64,000 bases of DNA from Patescibacteria group bacterium (GTDB lineage Bacteria > Patescibacteriota > Minisyncoccia > Phycocordibacterales > Phycocordibacteraceae), in assembly GCA_038064695.1 (NCBI GenBank), contig JBBTSO010000001.1:635-64634 (forward strand). Direction: 5' to 3'. Shown here in pieces: positions 11,046 through 20,563 of the stretch. The notes beneath the pieces were generated by a model that saw nothing but the letters and a program-made list of their open reading frames with translations, made no database searches and was not told where the DNA came from. Each line of letters starts with the position of its first letter. Position 1 is the stretch's first letter. The position numbers and the translations under genes were made by a program.

Positions 11046-11774
11046 ATGAAAACGTTAATTTATGGGAAACATCCTGTCCACGATGCTCTCACCCATCGCC
11101 CCGACGTGGTGGAAAAAGTCTTTGTGGAGCCAGAACAGCACCCCGAGTTAGACGCACTCGCCAAGACAAAAAAAGTATTTCGCGCGCCGTTTGATGAAAA
11201 AGCGATTGAAAAGAAAATTGGTGCTGACGCGGTACATCAAAAAATCGCGGCGATTGTTGATACTGAAAAACTGACCGCCGACTTTCACCCCTTTTTGGAA
11301 ACTATTCGCGGAAAATCAGGCGTTGCGCTCGCACTCCTCGCAGAAATTCAGGATCCACAAAATGTCGGAAGCATTATTCGCTCAGCGACGGCATTCGGAC
11401 TCTCCGGGGTGCTTATTCCTAAAGACCGTCAAGCACACATCACCGGTGCCGTGATAAAAGCGTCGGTTGGTGCCGCATTTACCATCCCGCTCGTGATGAT
11501 CGGCAACATCAACCAAGCGGTAGCGGAGTTAAAAGATAATCGCTTTTGGGTGTACGGCCTTGCGGGAGAGGGAGAAAAGAATGTTCGCGATGAAGATTTT
11601 TCTGAAAACAGTGTGATTATTGTGGGGAACGAAGCGCACGGTATTCGCGAAAAAACGTTTGAACATTGTGACGTGACACTCCGTATTCCGATATCTCCAA
11701 ATGTTGAGTCATTGAACGCGGGAACGAGCGCAGCTATCGCGTTTTACGAGTGGAAATCAAAACAAAACGGGTGA
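11046..11774 (+). CDS. rlmB: 23S rRNA Gm2251 methyltransferase, TrmH/SpoU family
   Basis: YGKHPV, IQDPQNVGSIIRSA, GNEAHG, ESLNA. Confidence 0.88.
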   Translation: MKTLIYGKHPVHDALTHRPDVVEKVFVEPEQHPELDALAKTKKVFRAPFDEKAIEKKIGADAVHQKIAAIVDTEKLTADFHPFLETIRGKSGVALALLAEIQDPQNVGSIIRSATAFGLSGVLIPKDRQAHITGAVIKASVGAAFTIPLVMIGNINQAVAELKDNRFWVYGLAGEGEKNVRDEDFSENSVIIVGNEAHGIREKTFEHCDVTLRIPISPNVESLNAGTSAAIAFYEWKSKQNG

Positions 11775-11795
11775 TACCCGATGGTATCCATTTTG

Positions 11796-12215
11796 TTAGT
11801 ATACGTGGCGGAAACGTCCATGTAAAAAGTACAGGAGTGCGAGTACGGCTGCCATAACTACCACAGCAGCAACAAAAGGTGCCTCACTAAAACCGGTGGA
11901 GTCACCCCCACCGGGACTGAACGTGCCATCTCCAGTTGCAGCACTGCCCGTCGGATCATCGTCATCAAAATTATCATTACTGGGGCGTTGTCTTTCTTTT
12001 TCTTCCCTCAGGAGTTTAACTCTGTCCATGGGTTGCCTAACACCGCGTCGGGTCATTTCTTCATTAATTGAACCGTCGAGCGAGGTGTCGCCAGTCCCGG
12101 TGACCGCGTGACGCAAACCAGTATAGTTCGCCAGCGCGTTCAACATTTCCATAGTCATCATAGAAAGAGGAACTATCGCAGCAAGTTTGAATAATGTTTC
12201 AGCTCTATTTTTCAT
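11796..12215 (-). CDS. Orphan membrane protein with N- and C-terminal hydrophobic segments and Gly/Asp linker
   Basis: TTGACT-16-TACTAT upstream; C-terminal TM plus basic tail; start 12215 or 12227. Confidence 0.65.
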   Translation of the reverse strand: MKNRAETLFKLAAIVPLSMMTMEMLNALANYTGLRHAVTGTGDTSLDGSINEEMTRRGVRQPMDRVKLLREEKERQRPSNDNFDDDDPTGSAATGDGTFSPGGGDSTGFSEAPFVAAVVVMAAVLALLYFLHGRFRHVY

Positions 12216-12266
12216 ATCAGAAAACATTCGAATAGTAGCTACATATGCGCTATAGTCAAGGCAGTT

Positions 12267-12983
12267 ATGCCGCGAAAGAAAAAAGATTTTTGGAATAGGG
12301 AGTACAACCGTGCGTCGCACCTCGCGCTTTCCGACACACACGCTGAAGACTTGGAAAAATTCACGCGATTTTTAGAGCGCAAAAGTGGTAAGCAGCAGCT
12401 GAATGTCACGACGCGTCTCGTAGATATTGGGTGTGGAAATGGGAGAAACGCGCTTTTTCTTGCTTCAGAGTTTGGCATGCACGGACTCGGCTACGACACC
12501 TCGGGAGAAGCAGTGAAACAGGCCATTGTCGCGGAGCGCGAACTATTTGGTGAGAATGAAAAACCGCGCGTTGAGTTTAAAGTGGGAGACTTGCGCGAAC
12601 CCATTCCCCTCCCTGATGCGTCAGTAACCATCGCGCTCGATATGATGGCGTCACACTATCTAAAACGCGCGGAGCGCCTCGCGCTCCGCGCGGAAATTCT
12701 CCGTGTCTTAAAACCGAACGGCTGGCTCTTTTTCAAAACATTTTTGCGAGACGAAGACCAAAACGCTGAGCAACTTTTGAAAGAGCACCCGGGACCAGAG
12801 GAAGGGATGTACGTTCACCCTGAAATTAAAAAAGCGGAGTACGTGTGGTGGGAGAAAGATATCTATGAATTTTTTGAACCGTACTTCACCATCCACAAGT
12901 TTGAGCGCTCCCACAAACACGTCAACAAAAAAGGCGGCGCGTGGAAGCGCCGCACGGCGAGCGTGTACCTAGAAAAAAACTAA
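12267..12983 (+). CDS. Class I SAM-dependent methyltransferase
   Basis: VDIGCGNGRN motif I. Confidence 0.9.
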   Translation: MPRKKKDFWNREYNRASHLALSDTHAEDLEKFTRFLERKSGKQQLNVTTRLVDIGCGNGRNALFLASEFGMHGLGYDTSGEAVKQAIVAERELFGENEKPRVEFKVGDLREPIPLPDASVTIALDMMASHYLKRAERLALRAEILRVLKPNGWLFFKTFLRDEDQNAEQLLKEHPGPEEGMYVHPEIKKAEYVWWEKDIYEFFEPYFTIHKFERSHKHVNKKGGAWKRRTASVYLEKN

Positions 12984-12987
12984 CCGC

Positions 12988-13317
12988 TTACCGACGAGAG
13001 TTGTCGTACATATCAATACTTCTTTCAGCTCTGTCCAAAACAAGTTGAACCTCTGCAAGCTGACTTTCCAAATCTTCTTTTGACAACCGTCCTGCTTGAT
13101 ATTCACTATAAAGGTGGTCGAGACGAGCAGAATTATAAGAAAGATCTCCTACAATTGACTCGTATACTTTCGGATCAATCACGCCATTGAGTGGTTCTAA
13201 ACGCTGTTCTAACTCGACAATATCACTCTTCATATCAAAGATATCTAGCTCAAACGGCTCAACTGTCCACATATCCTCAGACGTCACTTCGGCAAAGCTT
13301 GCTGCTAGTTCAAACAT
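12988..13317 (-). CDS. Orphan acidic helical protein
   Basis: TTGACA-16-TATAAT upstream; amphipathic helix pattern. Confidence 0.7.
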   Translation of the reverse strand: MFELAASFAEVTSEDMWTVEPFELDIFDMKSDIVELEQRLEPLNGVIDPKVYESIVGDLSYNSARLDHLYSEYQAGRLSKEDLESQLAEVQLVLDRAERSIDMYDNSRR

Positions 13318-13433
13318 AATAAATGCATTATAACAAATGAGAAATATTTGTCAAGTTTTGCCTCACTTCCCTCTCTAGCTCTTGTGAATGAGGGAAATTT
13401 GACACAAAATAAATAAAATGCTATAATGAATGA

Positions 13434-14030
13434 ATGGTTGAGTTGCCTGACATATTCGATACACTTTCCGAAATTTTCCAAAAAGAACCTTCGGACGTAC
13501 CGACATCTTCGAACCAATTTCCTGTTGAAGAAGCCACGGAAGAAGCGGCTGAACAAACTACCGTGGCAGATGAAATTCTTGTTGAACTGATTCATCCTAA
13601 CGAAATTTACGAAAAAGGACGCGAGCTCGCTAATTTATCGTGGTCTGAATCACAAGACGAGTACCGTTTATATCTTGAAGAACAGGTGAGAATGTTAAAA
13701 GCAGACACGTTGAGTGTTATTGATCGAGTAGAAAACCTACCTGATAGCGCCGAAAAAACAAAAACGTTATCACAACTTTACGAATTTTTAGGACGTTTAA
13801 GTTCAATGGAAGATCGTGTAAACGACCCACTCCCCACATCACTTTCACAAATTCCAGAAGAATACCGTGTAATGTACAAAGAAGTACTGGGGAGAGATAT
13901 TACGCTTGTTGAATATAGACAAGATATAATCGCCTCGTACTACAAAACAATAATGGATGCTCAAGAACCCATCGGAAAAAATACGCTTGCAATCCCTTCA
14001 TCTTCTTCTCAAAACACTCCTGTTTCCTAG
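13434..14030 (+). CDS. Orphan acidic helical protein
   Basis: TTGACA(13399)-17-TATAAT(13422), ATG 6 nt later. Confidence 0.75.
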   Translation: MVELPDIFDTLSEIFQKEPSDVPTSSNQFPVEEATEEAAEQTTVADEILVELIHPNEIYEKGRELANLSWSESQDEYRLYLEEQVRMLKADTLSVIDRVENLPDSAEKTKTLSQLYEFLGRLSSMEDRVNDPLPTSLSQIPEEYRVMYKEVLGRDITLVEYRQDIIASYYKTIMDAQEPIGKNTLAIPSSSSQNTPVS

Positions 14031-14079
14031 TGGATGCATACTTCCCTTTTAAAATAAGCCGTGTTACATTACTAAAACT

Positions 14080-14322
14080 ATGGCACGAGAATGCGCAGTC
14101 ACCGGCAAATCAACCCTCATGGGAGGGCGGTATTCAAACCGCACCCGTGCGACGCAGTTCAATCCGTGCGGTAAAGTACGCCGCTCAGCAAACCTCCAAA
14201 AACGAAAGGTGTTCATTCCTGAACTCAACAAAACAGTGTCGCTCATTCTCTCAACCAAAGCACTCAAAACTATTTCAAAACGAGGCGCCTACGCAACGCT
14301 CAAAAAAGCAGGCATCGTCTAA
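14080..14322 (+). CDS. rpmB: 50S ribosomal protein L28
   Basis: MARECAVTGK, ANLQKRKVFIPE, LSTKALKT; terminator 14322-14347. Confidence 0.95.
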   Translation: MARECAVTGKSTLMGGRYSNRTRATQFNPCGKVRRSANLQKRKVFIPELNKTVSLILSTKALKTISKRGAYATLKKAGIV

Positions 14323-14348
14323 AAAAACCCGCACGTGCGGGTTTTTTC

Positions 14349-15176
14349 TTATCTAACCTTGAGTGATTTCCCATCAGCTACAAACGTAACTGTGCCGTTG
14401 GTACACGTATCAAACGCTGTAACAGAAAGTCTTTTAAATAATTCAACGACGTCACGCGAAGGGTGCCCGTAGCGGTTGTCGCACCCGCGAGAAAATACCA
14501 CGTAGGAAGGGTTCACTGCTTTTACAAACGTTTCGTTGGAAGAGGTGCGCGACCCATGATGTCCTGCTTTAAGTACGTCACTCTCTAAATTTTTTCCATA
14601 TATAGAAAAAAGATATTTTTCTATAGAGTGTGGTGCGTCTCCAGTTAAGAGAAACGAGTGGCCACCATAGGCAACCCGAAGCACAATGGAAGCCGTGTTT
14701 GACTCAACTCCTGAGACGTCGCGGTCGGGAAACAAAATGTCCGCGTAGGCGCCATCACCCAACAGCAGACGCATGCCGCGCCGCGCAACTACTTCACGCG
14801 CGCCCTCCGCGTCACGGGCACGCGTGAATGCGTTTTGCGCAGGGGTGTCAGCACTGTTTCCTGATTCAATAACTGTTCCCACTTGGTAGCGGTCAAGCAC
14901 GTAGGAGAGTCCGCCCACGTGGTCTTGGTCAGGGTGCGTCGACACCACTACATCTATGGTGCGATCATAAAACGGCATCACACTTCTTATTTCCCGCAAA
15001 ACGCCGCGCGTTGCTCCGCCATCAACTAACACTTGAACACCGCTTGGACTTTCAATAAAAATCGCATCGCCCTGTCCCACATCAAGAAACGCGACCGTTA
15101 AAACCTCTTTGGGGTGGAGTGAAAACACCAAAACCACCGGGACCACCAAAAGGAGAAAAAAGGTGAGTCGTCGCAT
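14349..15176 (-). CDS. Stand-alone ComEC-type metallo-beta-lactamase domain protein
   Basis: FLDVGQGD, THPDQDH, LLTGD, GHHGS, YGHP. Confidence 0.92.
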   Translation of the reverse strand: MRRLTFFLLLVVPVVLVFSLHPKEVLTVAFLDVGQGDAIFIESPSGVQVLVDGGATRGVLREIRSVMPFYDRTIDVVVSTHPDQDHVGGLSYVLDRYQVGTVIESGNSADTPAQNAFTRARDAEGAREVVARRGMRLLLGDGAYADILFPDRDVSGVESNTASIVLRVAYGGHSFLLTGDAPHSIEKYLFSIYGKNLESDVLKAGHHGSRTSSNETFVKAVNPSYVVFSRGCDNRYGHPSRDVVELFKRLSVTAFDTCTNGTVTFVADGKSLKVR

Positions 15177-15202
15177 ATCCTCCTATGGTACACTCCGCCT
15201 AT

Positions 15203-15784
15203 ATGCATTACACACCACAAAAATTTACCTTTAATTCTCTCAAAGGAATCTCAGAAAAACAACTTGATGTCCATATCAAACTCTATGAAGGGTATGTGAA
15301 ACACGTCAATGTATTGGAGGAAACAATCGCCGATCTTCTTAAAGATTCAGAAAAAAATGCCTACGCACTTTCGGAGGTAAAACGCCGACTTGGGTTTGAG
15401 TGGAATGGTATGCGCATGCACGAGCACTACTTTGCGCAATGGGAAGGGTCACACATCCCACTTTCAAAAGAGTTAGATGCTGCGCTCACGCAAGAATGGA
15501 GTGGCAACATTATGAACATGGTGAATGAATTTAAAGCGGTTGCCATGATGCGAGGCATTGGATGGACTCTCCTTTCACAAGATAATAAAACGAAACAATT
15601 TACCATTCACTGGGTTTCTGACCACGAGCTTGGGCAGTTAAACGACACCACCACTATTTTGGCGCTCGATATGTGGGAACACGCCTATATGGTTGACTAC
15701 ACTCCTGCTGAAAAGAAAAACTACGTTGACGCGTGGTTCAACAACCTAAACGGTGAGGTTATTTCAAAAAGATACAAAAATTAG
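15203..15784 (+). CDS. Fe/Mn superoxide dismutase family protein
   Basis: HIKLYEGYV, HEHYF, LDMWEHAY. Confidence 0.9.
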   Translation: MHYTPQKFTFNSLKGISEKQLDVHIKLYEGYVKHVNVLEETIADLLKDSEKNAYALSEVKRRLGFEWNGMRMHEHYFAQWEGSHIPLSKELDAALTQEWSGNIMNMVNEFKAVAMMRGIGWTLLSQDNKTKQFTIHWVSDHELGQLNDTTTILALDMWEHAYMVDYTPAEKKNYVDAWFNNLNGEVISKRYKN

Positions 15785-15842
15785 TGACGACTAGTGGTTG
15801 AAGTTTAGTTGATAGGGGTTAGCAAAACAATAAAAACAAAAA

Positions 15843-16172
15843 CTACAGAGGAGCCGCGATCGGACGAGACGAACAGGTAACGTACCACAAGCCACCTACA
15901 ACTACCGCTGCCGCGCAAAAAAGAGCTGCAAATTCAGCGGGGGTATCAATGGAACCCAAACCTTTAATGATTCCTTCCAATTCTTTTTCTCCAACTTTAT
16001 CCCACTCCGGGTCCAAGGTAGGACTAGCTCCTGGTTCACCTCCTTTAGACCAAATACCAGAAACTTGGTTACCATTGTTCCCGTAACTGCCTCGACTGCC
16101 AGAACGGGCTCCAACAGCACTTATCCCCGCTATAAGAACAAGACCAGAAAGAAGCATTTCTTTTGACTTCAT
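15843..16172 (-). CDS. Orphan protein with N-terminal signal/TM and C-terminal TM
   Basis: Two hydrophobic segments, Gly/Ser linker; start 16172 or 16181. Confidence 0.65.
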   Translation of the reverse strand: MKSKEMLLSGLVLIAGISAVGARSGSRGSYGNNGNQVSGIWSKGGEPGASPTLDPEWDKVGEKELEGIIKGLGSIDTPAEFAALFCAAAVVVGGLWYVTCSSRPIAAPL

Positions 16173-16227
16173 GACAAACATTAAATCACATTTTTAAAAA
16201 AGAGCAAGTTACCCGAAATAGAGTGAG

Positions 16228-17646
16228 TTAAAACCATGGAATGGTTATAGCGGCGAAGGGTAAATTTCCAAACCACACTGAAACAGTCAAAATGTAGACA
16301 AGCAGCGCTTGAGTTATAAACGTAAACGGGAGCGCCAAGAGTGGGTGCACAAAACTAATGACACTCGCCACAAATCCAAAAAACATCGCGTAGGGCACCG
16401 CTCCTAACACAAGAATATTGGCGAATGGCGCGACGAGCGAAACGCTCCCGATTGAGAGTACAAGGACGGGGAGCACTGCAATTTGCGCGGCGAGTGTTGC
16501 GCCAGCAATCTCGCGTATGCCGAAACGCTCCGTAAGCCACGATAGTTTTTGAGCGAGCGGGTTTGCCCACAAAAGAATCCCCGCGGTCGCCACAAACGAA
16601 AGTTGAAACGAGAGGTCAAAGAGGAGAAGGTACGGGTTCCACAACACCATCACTCCGCCTGCAACGAGAAGCGCGCGAAGCGCGTCATGTGGCCGAGCGA
16701 GGAGTGTCCCTACGAGCAAAATTCCTGCCATCAAAGACGCGCGCACGGTTGTTTCAGATGCTCCTGTCATAAGTGCAAAAGAGACAATGGCGAGAATCAG
16801 CACGGTGCTCCGTGCTGCAAGTGGAAGAAATGTTTCGGTTATTTTTGAAAGTGCCTGAACGATGAGAGAAACATTGTAGCCAGACAAAACCACCATGTGC
16901 ACTACACCGGCGCGTTGGAAAGACTCGTATAAACGAGTTCCGAGAGACTGCTGCTCCCCTAACAGCAACCCTGAAAGGAGTGGTGCTTCGGGGTCAGGGA
17001 GCAAAAGCTCAATGCGAGAGACAAGTGTATCTTTAAAAGAAGTGAGCGCGGCAATAATTTGATTTCCCGCATTTTCCTCCACGACCTCAACGTTTGCAAA
17101 TGAAATAACGTGGGTAACGCGATGGGCGCGCAAAAACTTTTCGTAATTAAAAGCGCGCCCGGTATCAGTTTCAAACGACTCTGGCTTTTTTATCACTCCC
17201 TCAATAGCGACACGGTCGCCGTAGTGAAACGCATTGTATGGGTCAGTGGAAACCATTACCACCCCCAGAGTAGGGTGCTGATTTACCGACTCAATTTGTA
17301 CGCGCAATCGCGTAGTCGTCTCACGTTTTTCAGGAGCACTACTCACCACCCCCACCATATGAACGCGTGCCCCCTCAAATTGAACGAGATCCTCTGAAAT
17401 ACTCTGGTCAAAAAAGTACGCACGAGTACTCCCGAGGAGTGCCGCGCACAGTATCAGCACCACTCCCCACAGGAACACTGAGTGTCGGCGTTTTCTGAGC
17501 AGTGTTATTAAAATAAGTGCCACTGCCACGCATACAAAAAATCCACTGACTATGAGTGGATTACCTACAGTTCCAAAAAATGCGCCGGTAAAAATTCCAC
17601 CGACCGTAAGCGGAAGTATTGCGTTAGTCTCCTTTATCCATTGCAT
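16228..17646 (-). CDS. comEC: ComEC/Rec2 competence membrane protein (OB-like plus Competence domain)
   Basis: GVVHMVVLSGYNV, RASLM, SFQLSF; start probably MQWIKE. Confidence 0.92.
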   Translation of the reverse strand: MQWIKETNAILPLTVGGIFTGAFFGTVGNPLIVSGFFVCVAVALILITLLRKRRHSVFLWGVVLILCAALLGSTRAYFFDQSISEDLVQFEGARVHMVGVVSSAPEKRETTTRLRVQIESVNQHPTLGVVMVSTDPYNAFHYGDRVAIEGVIKKPESFETDTGRAFNYEKFLRAHRVTHVISFANVEVVEENAGNQIIAALTSFKDTLVSRIELLLPDPEAPLLSGLLLGEQQSLGTRLYESFQRAGVVHMVVLSGYNVSLIVQALSKITETFLPLAARSTVLILAIVSFALMTGASETTVRASLMAGILLVGTLLARPHDALRALLVAGGVMVLWNPYLLLFDLSFQLSFVATAGILLWANPLAQKLSWLTERFGIREIAGATLAAQIAVLPVLVLSIGSVSLVAPFANILVLGAVPYAMFFGFVASVISFVHPLLALPFTFITQALLVYILTVSVWFGNLPFAAITIPWF

Positions 17647-18040
17647 GGTTAGCGAGCTCATCCGCCCGGGTGTTATATTCACGGCGAACGTGTTCAAAGT
17701 GAACGCGGAGGGCGTGGCGCGCAATGTACGCTTTTATCTCCATATATTTTTCCTTTAACACAGGCGCTTTGACCCGGTACTCCCCCTTCATCTGTTTCAC
17801 AATTAACTCAGAGTCCATGCGAATAAGTACCTCGTGTTCGTCTAAATTTTTTACCGCGCGATGCGCACACTTCAACGCCAAAATAAGTGCTTCGTACTCA
17901 GCAAAGTTGTTCGTTTGAATTCCTAAAAATTTTGATACGGTTCCGATTTCTTTTTCACCTTCATAGACGACTGCGCCGGCGCCCGAAGGCCCTGGATTCC
18001 CTCGTGAACCACCATCGGTGTAAATAACAATGCGCTTCAT
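17624..18040 (-). CDS. rnhA: Ribonuclease HI family
   Basis: YTDGGSRGNPGP, TNNFAEY, DSEL, NTRADELAN. Confidence 0.95.
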   Translation of the reverse strand: MKRIVIYTDGGSRGNPGPSGAGAVVYEGEKEIGTVSKFLGIQTNNFAEYEALILALKCAHRAVKNLDEHEVLIRMDSELIVKQMKGEYRVKAPVLKEKYMEIKAYIARHALRVHFEHVRREYNTRADELANHAMDKGD

Positions 18041-19725
18041 GAAGTGTATTCTACCGTACGAGATGTGACAGGTGCAGCGAGTGAAATTTCTTCAAGACGA
18101 AGCCGCATTTCTTTTTTATTACCAAAAAATGATTGCTCAAAAGACCCCGTGATGGTCACTCGATCCCCCTTTGAAAGTAGCGAAAGAGTGCTCTTAAAGG
18201 GTGCGCGCGAAATAAAAAAACTCACCGCGTCAATTTTCTTTCCCATTTCGTCAGAAAACGTGACCCGCGCATGCTCTTGGTGAGACCCGAAGTACATAAG
18301 TTGCTCTACGCGAACATCCAAAATTGAAAAAAGTGGTTTTGGGTTTCCCATTCCAAAAGGAGCGAGCGCGCGCATGCTTTCATACAGCGAGGTGTTGAGT
18401 TCCCCCAGTGAAGCTTTAAGTGGGTCGGTAGCACTTTTTTTAGTAGTTGGTGCGTCTACGGTTGTTGCCCCTGCGTATTTTTCTTCAAGAATTTCAGACA
18501 GTGTGTGAATAGCCTCTGCTTTTACGGAAAAACCCCCCGAGAGTTCATGTCCACCAAACTCAATAAACGCTTCTTTTGCGTGAGTCATAAGCGCCACAAT
18601 ATTGACACTCCCATTTGAACGGCAGGAACCTTTTATGAGGTCACCTTCTTTACCCCAAAGACACACTGTTTTTTGATACGTCTCAACAATGTTCGTCGCT
18701 GCGATTCCTAAGAGTGACGGCTTCCAATCGACGTGTCCCAACACAATAACGTTCCCGAGGGGACGCCCTTCAAGGCGATGTTTTACCTCCTTCGCCACGC
18801 GCGCGCCTTCAAGTTTGCGCGCATCATTTAAACGCACCAATTCTTTCGCCAATTCTTTCGCACGAACATCATCAGTGGTAGTTAGAAGTTCAAGTGCTAA
18901 CTGTGGACTTTTCATACGGCTTGCGGCGTTTATTTTAGGCGCCACTGAAAAACTAATATCGTCTTCAGTTATGGTTGCAATCGGGATGCGCATTTTTTCT
19001 AGCAACGTTCGCAACCCTTTTCGCCTCCCCTTCTTTAGTACCACTAGTCCAAAGTGAACCAGCGTCCTGTTTTCCCCCGTAAGCGAAACCATATCCGCGA
19101 TAGTGGCGATCGCCACTAAGTCCAACAGCCACTTTAGGGCGCCGGGAGTAGTCGCAAACGAGCCGCGCGCGAGGATTGCCTCAGCAAATTTAAAGGCGAC
19201 TCCCGTGCCACACAATTCTTTAAAGGGATATTCGCAGTCCGCGCGGTGAGGGTTCAACACCGCCACCGCATTCGGCAACCCATACTCCTGAGGAAGGTGG
19301 TGATCGGTAATGATTACGTCAACGCCGAGTGTTTTAGCAAACGTAACTTCGGCAACCGCCGTAATACCACAATCAACGGAAATAATAAGCGAAACCCCCT
19401 CTTCGTGAAGTTTTGCGATGCCTGCTTTATTTAATCCATACCCTTCACTGCGCTCAGCAATGTATGAAGTGAGTGGGTAGTTGATAAGTTTAAAAAAATC
19501 ACGCATCAAGGCGCCTCCCGGAACCCCATCGCAGTCGTAGTCGCTCCACACGGCAACCGTTTCACCTCGCGAAAACGCCAAGAGAACGCGCTCAACTGCC
19601 ACGTCCATATCGCGCATTAAAAAAGGGTCCGGTCTCTCGTCGTACGAAGGAGCACAGAAGGATTCAATGTCACCTATTCCTCTCTCAACTATCAATCGCT
19701 CTACAAGTGGGTGGAGAGGACGCAT
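18037..19725 (-). CDS. recJ: ssDNA exonuclease RecJ
   Basis: DYDCDG, VDCG, TDHH, GGH, PFGMGNPKP. Confidence 0.97.
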   Translation of the reverse strand: MRPLHPLVERLIVERGIGDIESFCAPSYDERPDPFLMRDMDVAVERVLLAFSRGETVAVWSDYDCDGVPGGALMRDFFKLINYPLTSYIAERSEGYGLNKAGIAKLHEEGVSLIISVDCGITAVAEVTFAKTLGVDVIITDHHLPQEYGLPNAVAVLNPHRADCEYPFKELCGTGVAFKFAEAILARGSFATTPGALKWLLDLVAIATIADMVSLTGENRTLVHFGLVVLKKGRRKGLRTLLEKMRIPIATITEDDISFSVAPKINAASRMKSPQLALELLTTTDDVRAKELAKELVRLNDARKLEGARVAKEVKHRLEGRPLGNVIVLGHVDWKPSLLGIAATNIVETYQKTVCLWGKEGDLIKGSCRSNGSVNIVALMTHAKEAFIEFGGHELSGGFSVKAEAIHTLSEILEEKYAGATTVDAPTTKKSATDPLKASLGELNTSLYESMRALAPFGMGNPKPLFSILDVRVEQLMYFGSHQEHARVTFSDEMGKKIDAVSFFISRAPFKSTLSLLSKGDRVTITGSFEQSFFGNKKEMRLRLEEISLAAPVTSRTVEYTS

Positions 19726-19811
19726 AGGGACAGTATAGAGTATCTCGTATTGAGTATTCAGTATCAGAAACTGCCCTAGATACTCACTACTGAATACCGT
19801 ATACTTTCTTT

Positions 19812-20144
19812 ATGAATGACTGCGTTTTTTGCAAAATTGCTAATGGAACTATTCCCGCGAATGGTAAAAAAATGCACCAGGGTGACTCACTTATGTCATT
19901 TTTAGACATAAACCCTAGAGCTCCCGGACACACCCTCGTACTTCCCACCGCTCATACACAGTGGTTTTTAGATATGGACGAAGCATCGTACCTCTCTTTA
20001 ATGCGCGAGGTAAAAATAATTGCGGAGTCACTCAAAGAAGAGTATAAAGCCGACTATGTCCAAGTTGGAATTGTCGGAAAAGATGTTCCTCACGTCCACG
20101 TGCATCTCATTCCGCGCAAACTCTCCGAAAAAAATGTTTTTTAA
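19812..20144 (+). CDS. HIT family protein
   Basis: CVFC, GHTLV, HVHVHLIPR. Confidence 0.95.
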   Translation: MNDCVFCKIANGTIPANGKKMHQGDSLMSFLDINPRAPGHTLVLPTAHTQWFLDMDEASYLSLMREVKIIAESLKEEYKADYVQVGIVGKDVPHVHVHLIPRKLSEKNVF

Positions 20145-20203
20145 AAAAATGCGTAGAAAGGATCGAAATTTGACTTGTGGTTATTTTTTAGTATATTCCT
20201 TAT

Positions 20204-20560
20204 ATGAAATCTACGCGCCAGGAAGCACGCGTTTTACTTACAACAGGAAATCATACTATTGACGGAGCAATTCTTATTGCTATTGCGGGCCTTTTGACCT
20301 CTCCACTTTGGGCATCTTCTTTCAGTGAAGCGGCAATACAGCTGTGGAACGGTGCAAACGACAACGAGGCAGACACCACCGATGACACCCCTGCAACAGC
20401 TCATGAATCACAAAGCGAATGCCCTACGAGCCCATCCGGAGTCCACGAGGAGGGCCCAGAACAAAAGGCATGGGACGGTTTCTTTAACGATGGAACAAAA
20501 ATGATTTACGTGAATTGCAAGTGGTGCGGAGAATTCATAAGAACTACAACTTTTGAGTAG
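20204..20560 (+). CDS. Orphan single-TM protein with CxxSPxGxH...CxxC motif
   Basis: TTGACT(20170)-16-TATATT, ATG 6 nt later; TM, acidic linker, CPTSPSGVH...CKWC. Confidence 0.75.
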   Translation: MKSTRQEARVLLTTGNHTIDGAILIAIAGLLTSPLWASSFSEAAIQLWNGANDNEADTTDDTPATAHESQSECPTSPSGVHEEGPEQKAWDGFFNDGTKMIYVNCKWCGEFIRTTTFE

Positions 20561-20563
20561 CAC

